Shown: positions 44,701 through 59,324, numbered from the whole stretch's first letter. The stretch: DNA of 63,315 nucleotides, filler included, from Kipferlia bialata (GCA_003568945.1; 4 parts of 4 records of this genome joined end to end with filler, not necessarily neighbours in it); one strand, 5' to 3'. The notes: generated by a model from the letters alone, not told the origin. Numbers and translations: made by a program.

Positions 44701-45925
44701 TTACATGCCTCTCCTCCTGTGGGTCCTCTTCCGCTTGGCCTCGGCCTGCTTGAACTGGCCCTCCCTAGGGTGAGGCAGAGACACTGTATACATGTATATA
44801 TATATATATATTAGCATTAGGGTGTGTGGGAGCATGTACCTGGTCTTGAGGAGTCCTCTGCGCCTCAGCTGCTTCTTGCCCATACCGCCCACAAGAGCAT
44901 GGCCGTCTGCACGCTGGACCATACGGATAGTACCCTGCCATCAGTATATAATAATATATCACTGTATCCGGTGTGAACCAGTGTGAAACAAAGAGCCAGA
45001 GTCCCCAGAGACGCAACCACGCCCACCCACCTTTCTCCTCTTGCCCTTCTTCTTGGCGCTGCCAGACATCTTGGTGTCCAGCCTGTCCAGCTCATTCTGC
45101 CTCTCGGCCTCGCTCATGTCCGTCTTGGTCAGCAGCTGCTGGGCACGGCGCTGCAGGGCGGCGGCCTTGATCTCCTGTCTGTGCCTGGCCCTAGGGGGTG
45201 AGGGAGGGGGAGAGTAGCAGACACAATGTCATATAGTATAAAGGACAACTGACACCCACCCAAGATCCAGAGACTATTGTATGTATACCCACCTAGATCG
45301 GGCCTCCAGCACCCTCTTGAGGTATATATATATATATATACTATTGTATCAGTGTATACCCACCTAGATCTGGCCTCCAGCACCCTCTTGGGAGGTGCCA
45401 TGGCGGCGGCCTTGAGCTTCTCCCTCTCGGCCGCAATCTCCTCAGCGGTGACTGGGGGGATGGGCCGCATGTGCCTCTCCTCCTCGGCCACAAACCACTC
45501 GGGCAGCTCGGCAGTGTCGTCGTGGAAGGCAAAGCGGTTGTAGGAGTCAGATATCATGGTGCCGAAGCCGTCCTCTCTGTCCTGGTCCCTCTCGGCCACA
45601 ACCTTACGGGCCATGGCAAGTCTGGCGTTGGGAACACACAATAGTGGGGATACAAACATATACACCTATACCTGACTGGCAGAAACGGAACACACATATA
45701 TAGTACATATATCTACACATCGCCTGTACCTGTATGCTGCGGCGTCTGGGTGGGCACGAAGGTACTCAGTCTCGCTGTCGGCGTCCTCGCTCGCCTCCTT
45801 CTCCTCCTCTCTCTCTCTCTCCTCCTCGCTGTCAGAGTCCACCACAGCGTCCCAGTTGGTGGTGCCCTGCTTCTTCTCCTTCCTGTTCCTGGCCTGGCAT
45901 AAGAGAGAGAGAGGGGGGGCAGGGG

Positions 45926-45960
<35 letters not shown>

Positions 45961-46343
45961 TATACAGTGACCAAGTACCTTCCTGGCCCTCCTGGACTTG
46001 TCCACTGGCTCCTCCACAGGCTTCACAGAGGCAGGAGCCCCGCCAAACCCTGTTGGTAAGTGGCAGGCAGATAGAGTGTCATAACAATATATCAGATAAT
46101 ACAGATATATATGTATATGCATATGCTAGTCACCTGCCGAGAGCAGGGCCCTGTTCTCAGCAGAGAGCATCACAATCTCAGGCTCCTGCTGGGCTGGCTT
46201 CTCAGCTGGCTCCTCGCCCCTCTGCACAAACTCAATGGCGGCACCCAGGCCGGCATCAGCCCCAGGCACAATGCCCTCCCTCTTCTCCCTCCTGGCAGTC
46301 ATCTTTCTGCGCTTGGCCTTGGCCTGACAGTCAGATGGACATA

Positions 46344-46379
<36 letters not shown>

Positions 46380-49300
46380 CTAGTGATGATGGCCTTGGCC
46401 TGACAGTCAGTGGGAGAGACAGAGGGAGAGGCAGAGGGAGACCGCAACGATACTGCAGAGCGCTCTATATACTCAATAAGGACACCCCTCCCAACCACCC
46501 TTGTCTTGCCGAGTCCTCAGATAATACACATATATACACATACATAACTATACCTTTGTCTTGTCGAGGCCGTCCCTAGGCAGGGCGTCTCCGGCACTGA
46601 GCAGGTCACGGCGCAGGATGAGGGGGAGGCCCATGTTGGTGGGGCCGTCTCCCTCGCTGCCTGCCTCGGCAGCAGCCTCCTGCTCCTCGGCCCTCTCCTC
46701 TCCAGCAGCGGGCTCATCATCAGCGTCCCCACCGTGCTTGGTGTAGAGGGAGCTGACACTGCGCCTGTGCATGGTGGGGAGGTCGGCCTGGGTGTCAGAA
46801 GGGTGGAATGGTATCAGGATCCAATACACCAAAGTACCCCTGTATGTAGATGACGAGGACACCTATACATACTCACACACATATAGACGCACCTGGGTGT
46901 GGTTGGTGGGGTCTCCCATCAGCTTGACCTTCTTGCCACTCCGTTCGGCATAGCGGGTGAAGGCAGCCTGCTGTTAGACATATACGTACACACTATGTGG
47001 GTAGGATGCAGACACAAATATACATATACATATACTAGCAACCACCAGCAGAACAAGCAGAGCCCCCACCTGTGCCTGTGTCTCGTTGAACTCCATCCAC
47101 AGTCTGCGCCTGTCCTCCTCAGTGGCATCCTCGGGCAGCTCAATGGCACACCTCTTGACAATGGGCTCACGGACCTCTGGGGGTGAGGGAGAGAGAGAGG
47201 CAGGGACAGAGGCAGGGAGCTGCATGTATAGTGCCTATAGTGCCTATAGTACAACTATAGGAAACTGCACTAGTAATCATATTGCACACATACCCTGGTG
47301 CGTGACCTCCGAGTTCCACGTCTCCTCGTCACCCACATACACAACATCGGGGACAGCGTCCACAATCTTCTCCACTGGGGTGAGTATAGTAACATACGCA
47401 TAAACACACAGCATCACACTGGAAGAATAGCACCATTCATTAGGTACAGGGTATTAGGATAGTATGTGGTATATATATATACAGCATATATACCTGGTGT
47501 CTCGGCAGGGCGCTGGAACAGGTCCTTCATCTCAACCTCCTGGAGAGTGAGATATATGTATATCTATACACTTATCTATTTAGTTATATATATATATATA
47601 TATATATACAGAGAGAGAGTACACACCTGGAGATCGGCAGAGGCAGCCACAGCACCGCCTGCAAGGGCGCGTCTCCTCTCCATCTTGCGGCCTCTCTTTC
47701 TCTTTCTCTTCTCCTCGGCCCTCTGTCTCTTGTGCAGCCTAGGGGTCAGTATATATATATGAATACATATATACATAGCTTGAACAGCATACATTGAATA
47801 CACAGCACTAGAACGAGAACACACACACCACCCCTACCCTGTATAACTCTCTCTCTCTCTCTTTCTCTTTATATATACATACATACACCCATACCTGTCG
47901 ATGTCCTCCATGTCACTGCCTCTGTCTCTCTCCCTATCTCTCTATATATATACATACATACACCCACACCTGTCGATGTCCTCCATGTCTCTGCCTCNNN
48001 NNNNNNNNNNNNNNNNNNNNNNNNNNNNNNNNNNNNNNNNNNNNNNNNNNNNNNNNNNNNNNNNNNNNNNNNNNNNNNNNNNNNNNNNNNNNNNNNNNNN
48101 NNNNNNNNNNNNNNNNNNNNNNNNNNNNNNNNNNNNNNNNNNNNNNNNNNNNNNNNNNNNNNNNNNNNNNNNNNNNNNNNNNNNNNNNNNNNNNNNNNNN
48201 NNNNNNNNNNNNNNNNNNNNNNNNNNNNNNNNNNNNNNNNNNNNNNNNNNNNNNNNNNNNNNNNNNNNNNNNNNNNNNNNNNNNNNNNNNNNNNNNNNNN
48301 NNNNNNNNNNNNNNNNNNNNNNNNNNNNNNNNNNNNNNNNNNNNNNNNNNNNNNNNNNNNNNNNNNNNNNNNNNNNNNNNNNNNNNNNNNNNNNNNNNNN
48401 NNNNNNNNNNNNNNNNNNNNNNNNNNNNNNNNNNNNNNNNNNNNNNNNNNNNNNNNNNNNNNNNNNNNNNNNNNNNNNNNNNNNNNNNNNNNNNNNNNNN
48501 NNNNNNNNNNNNNNNNNNNNNNNNNNNNNNNNNNNNNNNNNNNNNNNNNNNNNNNNNNNNNNNNNNNNNNNNNNNNNNNNNNNNNNNNNNNNNNNNNNNN
48601 NNNNNNNNNNNNNNNNNNNNNNNNNNNNNNNNNNNNNNNNNNNNNNNNNNNNNNNNNNNNNNNNNNNNNNNNNNNNNNNNNNNNNNNNNNNNNNNNNNNN
48701 NNNNNNNNNNNNNNNNNNNNNNNNNNNNNNNNNNNNNNNNNNNNNNNNNNNNNNNNNNNNNNNNNNNNNNNNNNNNNNNNNNNNNNNNNNNNNNNNNNNN
48801 NNNNNNNNNNNNNNNNNNNNNNNNNNNNNNNNNNNNNNNNNNNNNNNNNNNNNNNNNNNNNNNNNNNNNNNNNNNNNNNNNNNNNNNNNNNNNNNNNNNN
48901 NNNNNNNNNNNNNNNNNNNNNNNNNNNNNNNNNNNNNNNNNNNNTCTCTCTATATATATATACATACATACACCCATACCTGTCGATGTCCTCCATGTCA
49001 CTGTCGTCTGAGTCAGAGTCAGAGTCCGAGTCGGAGTCACTCATGCCGGCCTGATGATTAGCTGAGTATACGCATATATATATGTAGTACCAGCCTAACT
49101 GTCAGGGCCATGGTACTCACACACAATACATACTGCAAAAATACCGCCCTGTCACAATGTGATCCGTACATATATAGTACGGCCACATGCAATATATGCA
49201 TATATATACACCTCAGAGTCCTCGTGGTCCTCATCGTCCATGGCCACCTCGGCATCAGGCACCTCCTCGCCATCCTAGGGTCAGTGGCAACAGTAGATAC

Positions 49301-52106
49301 ACATATACAACACATATGCATGAGCATGATACATGTCACATATACATATATATATGTCACATACCTCAAGGCCGAGGGTGAGCTCCCTGAGGTGGGCCCT
49401 CATGATGCCCCTCCACTTCTGGATGGCGTAGAGGCCGTTGCGGTTGGCCTGCCTGGGGTGGGGGGGAATGGAAGAGGGGCGGAAACACACACACACAGTA
49501 GCCCTACACAAAGAATGTCACATACAAATAGACATACAATATATATATACACTCCATACCTGATATCGTCCACGTAGCACATACTTGCAATGTATATATA
49601 CACTCTCTAGATCTCTCTCTCTCTCTATATATATATACACACTCCACACCTGATATCGTCCAGGTAGTCCTTGAGCAGGGCTGTGGTCTTGGGGTGGCCA
49701 GCAATCTCAGCGGACAGGCGCAGGGCCTCCTCCTTGGGGATGCGACGGGTGGTGGTGCGGCCCTGAGGTCAGGAACAAAGGAAGAAAGGAACAATGGGTG
49801 ACACATGAGTGACAAAGTGTAGGTATCCCACGCAGACATATATGCCACTTATACTGTACCTGGATAGGCTCGCCCTCCTCTGTCTTGGCGTCTCCCCTGA
49901 CCTTCTCTGTCTCTGTCACAGAGACATCGCCTAGGGGGGGCAGGAGGCTGATGGAGGAGGCCTGGGGTGAATAGGGGATCGGATATATATACACATAGAG
50001 AGAGAGAGAGAGAGAGAGAGAGAACTAAGCTGATGGAGGACGCATGGAGTGGGGGGTATGGGGCATAAAGAATAGAGAGAGAGAAGGAGATTGATATACA
50101 TACACACGTACCGCCTCCAAGAGCTGGACGTATGTGTCTGAGAGAACGAACTCCAGGGCAGGGACATCACGCCTGATCATCTCGGCGGTGTATCCCTTCC
50201 TGAGGTGAGAGACAGACAATATCATATGATATCCACGATATAGGGTCAGAGAGGAGGGATGAGAGCGGAGAAACACTCACGTAAGGGGGAGCCTACACAG
50301 AGCCTCCTGCACAAATAATAATGGGACACAGTGACATGATGTAAGTGCGTCAGTATATATATATATATATATATATATCTGTATCTAACCTGTGGCTCTT
50401 GCCCTTCTTGAGCTTCTTCCAGAGCTGGGCCAGGGACTGGATGTCGTCATCTGGGAGTGAGAGTATATACATACATACACATACACACATATACACATAT
50501 GTATATATATATATCTGGGAGTGAGAGAGGGGAAGGGCTGGGGGATGTGTATGACATCACATTGGGCCTATGTTGGGCATACATACTAATAGAGAGGCAT
50601 CCTGTGTCTATACTATCCTCACCTGGGTTCTGGATCTCCACGTCAAAGACGTAGTTGGGGTCGAAGAGACGCTTATCCACAGTCTTGGGCTTGTAGTAAC
50701 CCTATTGTGAGATAGACAGAGAGGAAATAAAAGACACCCAGAGAGTGTACCTGATGCAACGATGAGAGAACGGGGGGAGGTGTAGAGATAACACTACATA
50801 TATACACACCTTGGCCACGATGAAGATCTCTGCAGACACGTTACGAGAGGACTTGGGCTTGGTGATCTGAGAGTGAGGAGGAAACAGGATAGGGTAGTAG
50901 AGGGGGGTAGCAGCAGGCAGCAGCACAATGAATGATGATACATACACACCTCAACAGACTCGAACAGCTGCCTGAGGACTCCGAGCACACACTCGTGCTG
51001 CTTGGACCTGAAGATCTTGGTCACAAAGGTGCCTCCATACCTAGGGTGAGTGCCGGAGTGGCAATACAATATACATACTATTAAATAATATAGAGAGAGT
51101 AGTAAATAACAGTATCGCAGGGAGGGATGGGGGGGGGGGGTAAAGAAACTCACCTCAGGTTGTTGCTGGCGAACTCTGCACCGGCCAGGGCCAGCACGTT
51201 CTGCTGATAGGCATCCTGGGGTGGGTGGATGGCAGGCCAATAACACTTATATTGCTGATACTAACGTACGTGGACCCAGTCTGCTCCCATGTTGGGTGCT
51301 CCATCGTTGATGACCACGTCAACATCCACTCCCTTGGTCTCCTGAGAGGTGAGGGAGGGTGGAGCTGAGTGTATGATGAATCAATGATGAGTACCGAAAC
51401 ACACAGATACCCATATTGATATATCAAGAGTATGACAGCACAGACACCCACCTGACGCAGCATCCTCCTGCACCTGTCGGTTGTGATATCAGCCACAAGG
51501 GTCTTGACACCTGGCATGAGGGGGAAGAGGTGCCTGCAACCGATATACACAGTCACAGAGTCAGACCAGTGGCCACTGCTTGTATTGCACACACACTCCA
51601 TGTGACTCACCCTGGATCTTCTTGATGGGGTCCAGATCCACAGCCACAATGGTGGAGTTGACGGGCATCCTCTCCACCAGGATCTGGGACCATCCGCCTG
51701 GGGCAGCACACAGATCAACTGCAATCTTGGCAGAGTTCAGGAAGTGGTGGGTGTCATCAAGGTGGATCAGCTTGTATGCAGCACGACTGGGTATCAGATA
51801 GAAACCACATGATGCATAACAACAAAGCCCTGAGCATATATGACAGGCAAGTACTTAGATATGGTGCGATCGGTGATATACCCAATGCGTCAATCTCACT
51901 GCAACCCATCTAATACTCTAAAGAGCAACCACTAGGTCTCAAAAAATGCACAATATCAGTCCTTCCACCAGCATAGAGGCCTACAGAAGCTGTGAAAGAC
52001 TCAATCACACAAGAACTCATCAACCGAACCTTCTGTAGCCGGCCTGCTTAGCTCTCTTGTACCATATATCAAGACGGCCCTTGCCAGTCTTGAAACTTCC
52101 TCCCAT
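44701..52106 (-). CDS. SPB1: Spb1/FTSJ3 rRNA 2'-O-ribose methyltransferase (more than 25 exons, spans a gap)
   Basis: KTGKGRLD.WY..AK..GYRSRAAYKL, VDLCAAPGGWSQ, NDGAPNMG..W.HDAY.Q, GGTFVTKIFRS, TKP.SSRNVSAEIF, plus C-terminal DSYNRFAF.D...LPEWF..EE.RH and PKRVLEA. Confidence 0.95.
47998..48943. other. Assembly gap inside a repeat-rich SPB1 intron
   Basis: About 946 N flanked by copies of the same exon-end repeat. Confidence 0.99.
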
Positions 52107-52339
52107 GGTCTCAAGGTGGGCAAGGAGAGGCTGTGTTTCGTGCACCTGCTTGGATGTCTTGGCCTACACCCTTTTCACTCTTGAGACAAAAATACCTTCC
52201 AGACTGGAGTTGCAAGATTTCGATTCAACTCTGTATAGACTACAGTGGCAGTCTGTGGTACTGGGGGTGACCTCTACGTGACACTGCTTAGCGCTCACAC
52301 TGACACCCAGTTGGGTTCCGAGGCCTGCACGGGAGTGCT

Positions 52340-53911
52340 ATGGCCTCCGACTCAATTGAGAGGGAGCGCCAACTTAAGCGCCTGCTAGCCACTAAGGAGC
52401 TGAGTCGCCTTGCTGAGTGTCTAGAGGAGAACGTCACTCTTCGCCGGCAACTGGAGTCTTACGAGGCTGGAGACGCCTCTGTGGATGAGCGGGCGGCAGT
52501 AAGTGAGCAGGAGTTGGCCAGTCTGCAGCGTGAGTTGGAGGAGTCCCGAGCACTCCAGTCCACTCTTGCAGAGCAACAGTTTGAGAGGGAGGCTGCCCTA
52601 CAGGAGGTAGAGACACTACGCTCTGAGCGTGACGCTGTTACTGAGCAGCTGGCTGCTACTGAGAGGCAGGCTGCTGCCGAGCTGGATGCTCTCTCCAGTG
52701 CCAAGACTGAGGCACAGGCTGAGATGGCGGCCAGGGTGGCAGAGCTCGAGGGGGAGAGAGAGCAGCTCGAGTCGGAGCTGGCCACTGCCCGTGACACTCT
52801 CGCTGAGAGAGAGGCTGCGCTGAAGGGACTGGAGGAGCTTCAGAGGGAGGTAGAGACTGTGACCACGTCTATGCACTCGGAGGAGGCCATGTGTGCTGAG
52901 AGGGAGGCTAGAGAGGAGGCAGAGGCCGAGGTGCAGCGGGTACAGGCCGAGGTTGATGCCAAGTGTCTGGAGCATGCGTCTGTTCTGTCCAAGTGGCAGG
53001 AGGAGAGGGAGAGAGAGAGGGAGAGAGAGGCAGAGAGGCGAGAGGAGATGGAGGGCGAGAGAGAGACCCTGTTCCGGGAGAGGGACGCCCTGGCTGAGAA
53101 GGTGGACGGGCTGGAGAAGGAACTGGACAGCGCCAGTGACTATTCAGACAACCTGAGGGCAGTGAACGAGGAGCAGGAGGTAGGTTGTGTATATGTAGGC
53201 GGCAGTCTCTACCCCACTCTGTATGTATGGTGACCATCAGGATCAGTATCAGTATCTAATTATATGCATGTTGATCATCAGGCTAAGGTTGCGGCTCTGA
53301 GTGAGAACAACAATGATCTTGAGAGAGAGAATGCCTCTCTCAAGGAGTCAGTGGCTGCACTGGAGGCCCAGGTATGGCACCGACCTATATATATATATAT
53401 ATACTATACTATATATACTGGTATGGCACCGACCTATAATCACTGCTACCACCCACATCTGTCGTTGCCTATCATTCAATCTGTATATATCTTCCCCTAT
53501 TTCCCCTATCTCTACGCGACCACCAATATGGCATGTTCTCTCTCTCCCTCTCAGGTCGGACAGTGCACTCTGGAGGCAGGTGATGCCATAGAGGCGGCTG
53601 AGACTGATGCTGAGGCCCGAGTCTCTGCCGTCCAGGCCCAGCTGGAGGAGAGAGAGAGAGAGGCCCAGGCTGCTATTGATGAGGCTTCCTCTCTGCGCCA
53701 GCAGCTGGAGACTCAGCTGGCAAAGACTGAGACTCTTGAGGTGAGTGTCTGTTACCTTCCTCCCAACCGGTCATCATCATCATCATATATATCTGATATA
53801 GATGTATGTTTATTAGTATTTGGATCTCACTATCAGACCAAGCTGGCTGAGTCTGAGACCTCTGCCACAGACAGCCACTCCTCTCTGCTGGCCCTCCACG
53901 ACACACTCAAG
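52340..53911 (+). CDS. Long coiled-coil protein, 3'-truncated
   Basis: E/A/R/L-rich heptads over four exons; the scaffold ends at poly-C. Confidence 0.8.
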
Positions 53912-54007
53912 GTGGGTGATATATACTGTATTTTTATATTCAATATATATACTGGATATATACTGTGTATACCGGGTCAGTCTCTCAGATGGAGTGGCAT
54001 TCTAGAC

Positions 54008-54042
<35 letters not shown>

Positions 54043-54142
54043 NNNNNNNNNNNNNNNNNNNNNNNNNNNNNNNNNNNNNNNNNNNNTTAATTAATTAANN
54101 NNNNNNNNNNNNNNNNNNNNNNNNNNNNNNNNNNNNNNNNNN
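54043..54142. other. Artificial scaffold linker N44-TTAATTAATTAA-N44
   Basis: Identical to the linker at 28674. Confidence 0.97.
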
Positions 54143-54194
54143 TGCAACTGGCATAGCATACAATATCAGTGACCCCCCCCCCCCTTACTGTCAG

Positions 54195-54519
54195 ATTGAG
54201 TTCCTTGACCTCGTGTGCCTGTACGGCTACTCCATCTCCCCCATGGTCATCGAGGCTGTGCTGGCCTGTGTTCCCTTCAGCTGGTTCATCTGGTTCACAT
54301 TCCTAGTCGCCATGACATTCTCCCTGGGCTTCCTCCTCTTCAACACAGTTGGGTACTTCAAGGTGGGGTTACTGTCTACCTCTCTCTCTCTCTCTTTATA
54401 TAGCCCCCCCCTCACCCCAGAACAAGGTGGAGACCAAGAACTACTACATCATTGTGGCAGTCATCGCCATTGCACACCTGGCATTCTCCCTGCCCCTCAA
54501 GATGTTCGTGCTTACTTAC

Positions 54520-54522
<3 letters not shown>
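54195..54522 (+). CDS. Yip1-domain protein (YIPF1/2-like), C-terminal two exons
   Basis: FLDLVCLYGYS...VPFSWFIW...|...AIAHLAFSLPLKMF matches YIPF1/2 C.YGYS and H......K.YF motifs. Confidence 0.75.
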
Positions 54523-54556
<34 letters not shown>

Positions 54557-54700
54557 TGACACTGGGTCAGACATGGAGGCTCTGTGTCGTTGTTCTATAA
54601 ATTTCTTGTTAATGTGCTGGTGCCGGTATCTGGTCGGATTGACAGTTGTATTACGAGTATCCAACAAAGCCACATTCATTGACATACTCAATGAACACTC

Positions 54701-57700
54701 TCACATTCCGTTATACCCTTGGTACAGGGTGGTCTCCTGACCCTCTGCCCCATACATACCCTCTAGGTGGTACACTGTCTCTCCCTCTACCACCTCTGTG
54801 GGCACCCCAGTCTGACCTAGGAGGGGTAGGCACTCCTCCAGTTCCAGCGCCTCCTTCTTCTTCTTGTCACAGTGTGTCTGCTTGTCACTGAGTGGGTGGT
54901 AGATGACAGGAGGTCTTGCTGTCTTACCCCACACCCTAGTGACCCCAGCCACCCTTCTAGCCATAGTGTATGTGTCATAGAGCTGGGGCACAAGGTACAG
55001 GGTACCCAGACAGACCCACGCCCACCCAGGCACCCCAGTCCACTGGCCGGCAGGGTACATGAAGACAGTGACCACTAGACATAAGAGTGACACCAGGTTG
55101 CACCCCCAGTTGACATTGATATGGGGCACCCTAAGGAGAGGTGTCACCAGAGGTGGGGCCGTCAGCCTATCAGCAGTGAGTGCTAGGAGGGGACCCAGGA
55201 ATGGTACCAACATGAGTGCCAGACACCGGTGGGACAGGGTGAGCTGGGCATCCAGTTGGGCTAGCAGGGGGTTGAAGGGAGGGGGAGAGTGAGAGGCCAG
55301 GGGTGGACACAGGTCTGGGTCTCTGTTGACCCCATCCTCCAAAGGGTCTACGTCTGAGGTGTCACCAGAGAGAGGGAGGGCGGCATCTCCCTCTGCCTCA
55401 TCCGGCACGCATAGGGACAGAGAGGCAAGGGGGTCAGGGACGGGGTTGGGGACGGGGACTCTGCGCAACAGATACTCCACTACTACACTGCACACCAGAC
55501 CCCCACACACCCACAGGACAGGGCTTCTGACTATATAGGGGGCAGTAACCAGGGCCCACACACCCACGAGTACAACCATAGACAGGTGGAGGAAGCGAGG
55601 GGTGCGGTTTCCACGGTCAGACTTAGGGTGTGGGTAGAGTGGGATGTATACACCGAGCATCCCCCTGAGCAGCACACCCAGACACACGGTGGCAGGGGTC
55701 AGCAGCAGATGGGTGAGGAGGGCCAGGGAGTAGAGGACATCAAACACAAAGAGCACAGCCTGCCAGGCCAGTACCACTGATGCAGTGACAGCCACCACAA
55801 TGTCATAGAACAGATACACCGGTACATGGCGCAGCCTAGGCCTAGTCACGACAAGACACACGATCGGCACCAGTACCCGTAACACCAGCACAGCCACTGC
55901 AATGTAGATTTCAAAGTCGTTCAATGTACAGTAGTCACTAATCACGCACTGGAACAAGACCAAGGCATACACCTCTGGCACCAGCAGAATAGACCAGCAG
56001 AGGATGGTGTGCACCTCGCTCTCAAGCATCCATATCCTACACCCTGAGGCCTTGACCCTTGTGAAGAGTGAGGCGTAGGGTGCTCTGATCTGCACCCACC
56101 TCCTGCCCATACACGATAGGATGGGGAGGAAGAATGAGGAGAGGGTATTGCGGGAGCCGTGGTAGGCAGTGACCAGGAAGAGAAGGACAGAGAGACACCC
56201 AATCAGCACCAGGGGCATGTACCAGTACAGCACAAAGGAGGAGCACCACTCCCAAAGGGCAGCCAGGAGGCACGTGCCCCCCACCCTGATGGCACATGAC
56301 AGGAGGAGGGTCAGGGGCATGAGGAAGGCACGCACCCCAGTGCGGCAGGTAGGGAGCTTCTTAACCAGCACACCATGGATGAGGTAGACCAGCACAATAC
56401 ACCCACCCAGGGCTAGAGCAAGGGACAGAGGGAGGACCCAGTTGTCTCCAAACCCATTTGTCCAGAATATCCCAGAGTGGACGTCTATCCCATTGAGTAG
56501 TGTGACACCCCTCCTGATACCTGTGGACAGGGAGGCCAGGGGATCCATGTACTCATCCCAGGGCATGTCTAGGTCTGTGTATACCAATGATAGTAGGTAG
56601 CATAGACAGATATAGTCCCCCACCAGGACCATGGCCTTGGCAGCGAGGAGGAAGACAAACTCCAACAGCACCAGAGAGACAGTACCAGGTGGGGGGGCAA
56701 CATCAGCCATCACTGTACACTCCCTATTAGTGGTGGGGGGCACTCTGCAACAGAGCCTGGTACCAAGGAGGGACAGGGTGGTGCCTATCAGTATACATGC
56801 TGCAGTAGGGATGACCGGTGACGTCCAGAGGTCCACTCCTGACACCGGCTGTACAGTGACACCTATCAGCCAGTATCCTCCACTGCCACCTGGGATGGAC
56901 AGCGACGCATCTGCCCCCCCGGCATTGTACACATTGCCCATATAGGAGTGGGACTGGCCCCCAAGGGGTGGGGGGAAGTGATCCCTGTGGTCGAAGAAGA
57001 GACCAGTATATCTCACCATTTCACTGTCCCTTGAGTAGAGTGTGAAGTGGGACAGTTCTGGGTCGTGGTATTCGAAGGTCTCCGTTGATGTGTACGGTAT
57101 CCCATCAGAGTCTGAGTATATACACATGGGGGGGACTACCTCTGCCCCAGTGGAGTCCGTGATCTCGACCCCAAAGGCCTGGGGGTTGGAGACACACCGA
57201 CAGTGTACAAGATGACTAGATCTACTATAGACACACTCACTTAGCTCCATTGGAATGTATATATGAATACTGTGTGTTTGGATGTATACCTGAAACCCTA
57301 GGATGGCCCTGTCCACCGAGAGCACTCCCTCCCCAGAGGCCACGGAGAGACAGCTGTGGACCTGGGGGGAGTGGGACCACATGGATCCGGTGGAAAGTCT
57401 ACTGTCCAACCAGTTGTATCGGTTAGTATATAGTCCCTACCTGTATCAAAACTCTGGGATGCGTAGTCCCAGGGACGTACGAGACTGACCCGTGCACCAT
57501 AGAACTGGTGTCCGTATAGTATGTGACCGTCTCAGACCCCTCTGTGAAGAGTGGGTACCCATCTGCATCTGCCCCTCCCTCAGTCAGCAGAGCCAGCCTC
57601 CCAGGGCAACCCACAGTTAGGAGAGTGTCCAGCAGGGATATGTTGGGAGAGTCATCACTGTCGAGGGCACAGTCTGTGACATGCTGGATGGGAGGTGACA

Positions 57701-59037
57701 AGTAAGTGCCAGGGTTGGCACCCACTGTCAGAGCTATAACGCCCAGGCCCGAATACTCGAGAGCGGCCACTACCACGTCCCCTGAGACACTGACTGCTGT
57801 GATCTGGTCATACTGGTATCCACTGAATTGGAACTGTTCAGTCATCACCCAGGGACTAGCAGGGTCGCAGGTGTCCCCTACACACTCGTCAAACACATAC
57901 ACACTGGGATCATACCAGCTGGCCGGGCAGCATATCCTGTTGGTGGTGGGGTCAATGGCCACCACTGCACCCAGTTGGTATGGATAGCCATTAGCTGGAG
58001 CTAGAGTAGCCTCAAAGGCCCAGTCCTGAAGTAAATGGAGTATAACTGGAGTAAACTGGCTGAAAGGCATACCTGGGATCCTGGGTCCTGTCTGTACACA
58101 TCCACCATGTTGTCGTGCTGATACTGGTCCAAATGGGCCACTGCTAGGACCCCATCGCCCATGGCCACAGATGTGACAGAGCCGGGTAGGGATATCTCTG
58201 AGTCAAGGACCCAGAGGTGGGTGTCTGTGAGTATGTGGGTGTAAACACGCACTGCATATACGTCCGTGTCTGTGTCCGTGGTAGAGGGTCTAGAGGGTGG
58301 GGGGACACGCACAGCAAGGCTGTCTCCATACACACTGGCCATGTCAGCATCCTGTATAGTGGGTAGGCCCACCCACTTGGTAACACCGGCATCAGAGGTC
58401 TCGATATAGGACTCCACACTCCAGGACTCCTCAATGTGGTGGTAGCTGTCAGCTGGGGTGAGTATGACATTGTCACATTGACAACGTTAAGGTCAGAACC
58501 CCAAACAGATCTACCACTCCAGTCTCATAGCAAGGCGGCGTATACCCCCTCTTACCTTTGGTGTATGCCTCCCAGACTGCAATGTCACCTGGATATGAGA
58601 GGTGCAATGGATGTGTGGTATTTATGATGAATGTGTATTGTTATGGCTGTTGTGTCTGTAACCTCTGTTAATACCTGATAGGGCACATGTGGTGTGGGTG
58701 CTGCTGCTCCACAGGTCTGTGTCTATGTCAGTGATGATGGATATGGGGCCACCATCCTGGCCTGGGGTTAGAGAAGGGTTAGAGAGGAGCCGGCATCGAG
58801 ACCAGTCCAATTGTCTCACACCGATCACTATCTCAGTCCTTAGGAAAATCACATGGGCCACTTTGGGAGGCAAAGAGTGACAAGTATATCTGTAAAGATC
58901 ATCCCTACATCATAGGATACATGAATACACGACCCCCCACCCCCACCTGTGCCGTATGTGTCGACAGGTCTCTGTGCCAGAGACCCCATCCCACATGCAC
59001 ACCCACAGCATATACACAGGACTAACAGAGTAGACAT
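54701..59037 (-). CDS. Large secreted-ectodomain (FG-GAP/beta-propeller-like) plus multi-pass membrane protein
   Basis: Signal peptide MSTLLVLCICCGCACG; SVAMGDGVLAV and AVSVSGDVVVA repeats; more than 10 hydrophobic segments in the last exon; exons splice in frame. Confidence 0.7.
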
Positions 59038-59324
59038 GGCATGACAGGAGGGAGGGTCCCACCACGGCATGTCGATGTCAGCAGGTGGAAGGAAGAGGAT
59101 GATAGGAGCCTCGAGACAGAATGCGTGTAGATCGGCCAAGAGTGGAAAACTGTCTCTCTGGTGACAAGCTCTACATACAGCATCCAAACCACTACATTGT
59201 AGCTACTATAGTCAATCCATTATCAAGTAGGGGGCTAGTGCATCTATTGTCTCTCAACTAGAATGGAAGCATGAGACCACACCCACTCCAATTGACACAG
59301 AGTCGACGACTATCCCAGCCCCCC

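Noticed and set aside
51790..52030. Possible box C/D snoRNA or Sm-site RNA in SPB1 intron 1 (TGATGA...CTGA; ATTTTTTG on the minus strand)
   Set aside because: Box C is only ~8 nt from the donor, and I see no terminal stem or recognisable rRNA guide; it needs a covariance-model search.
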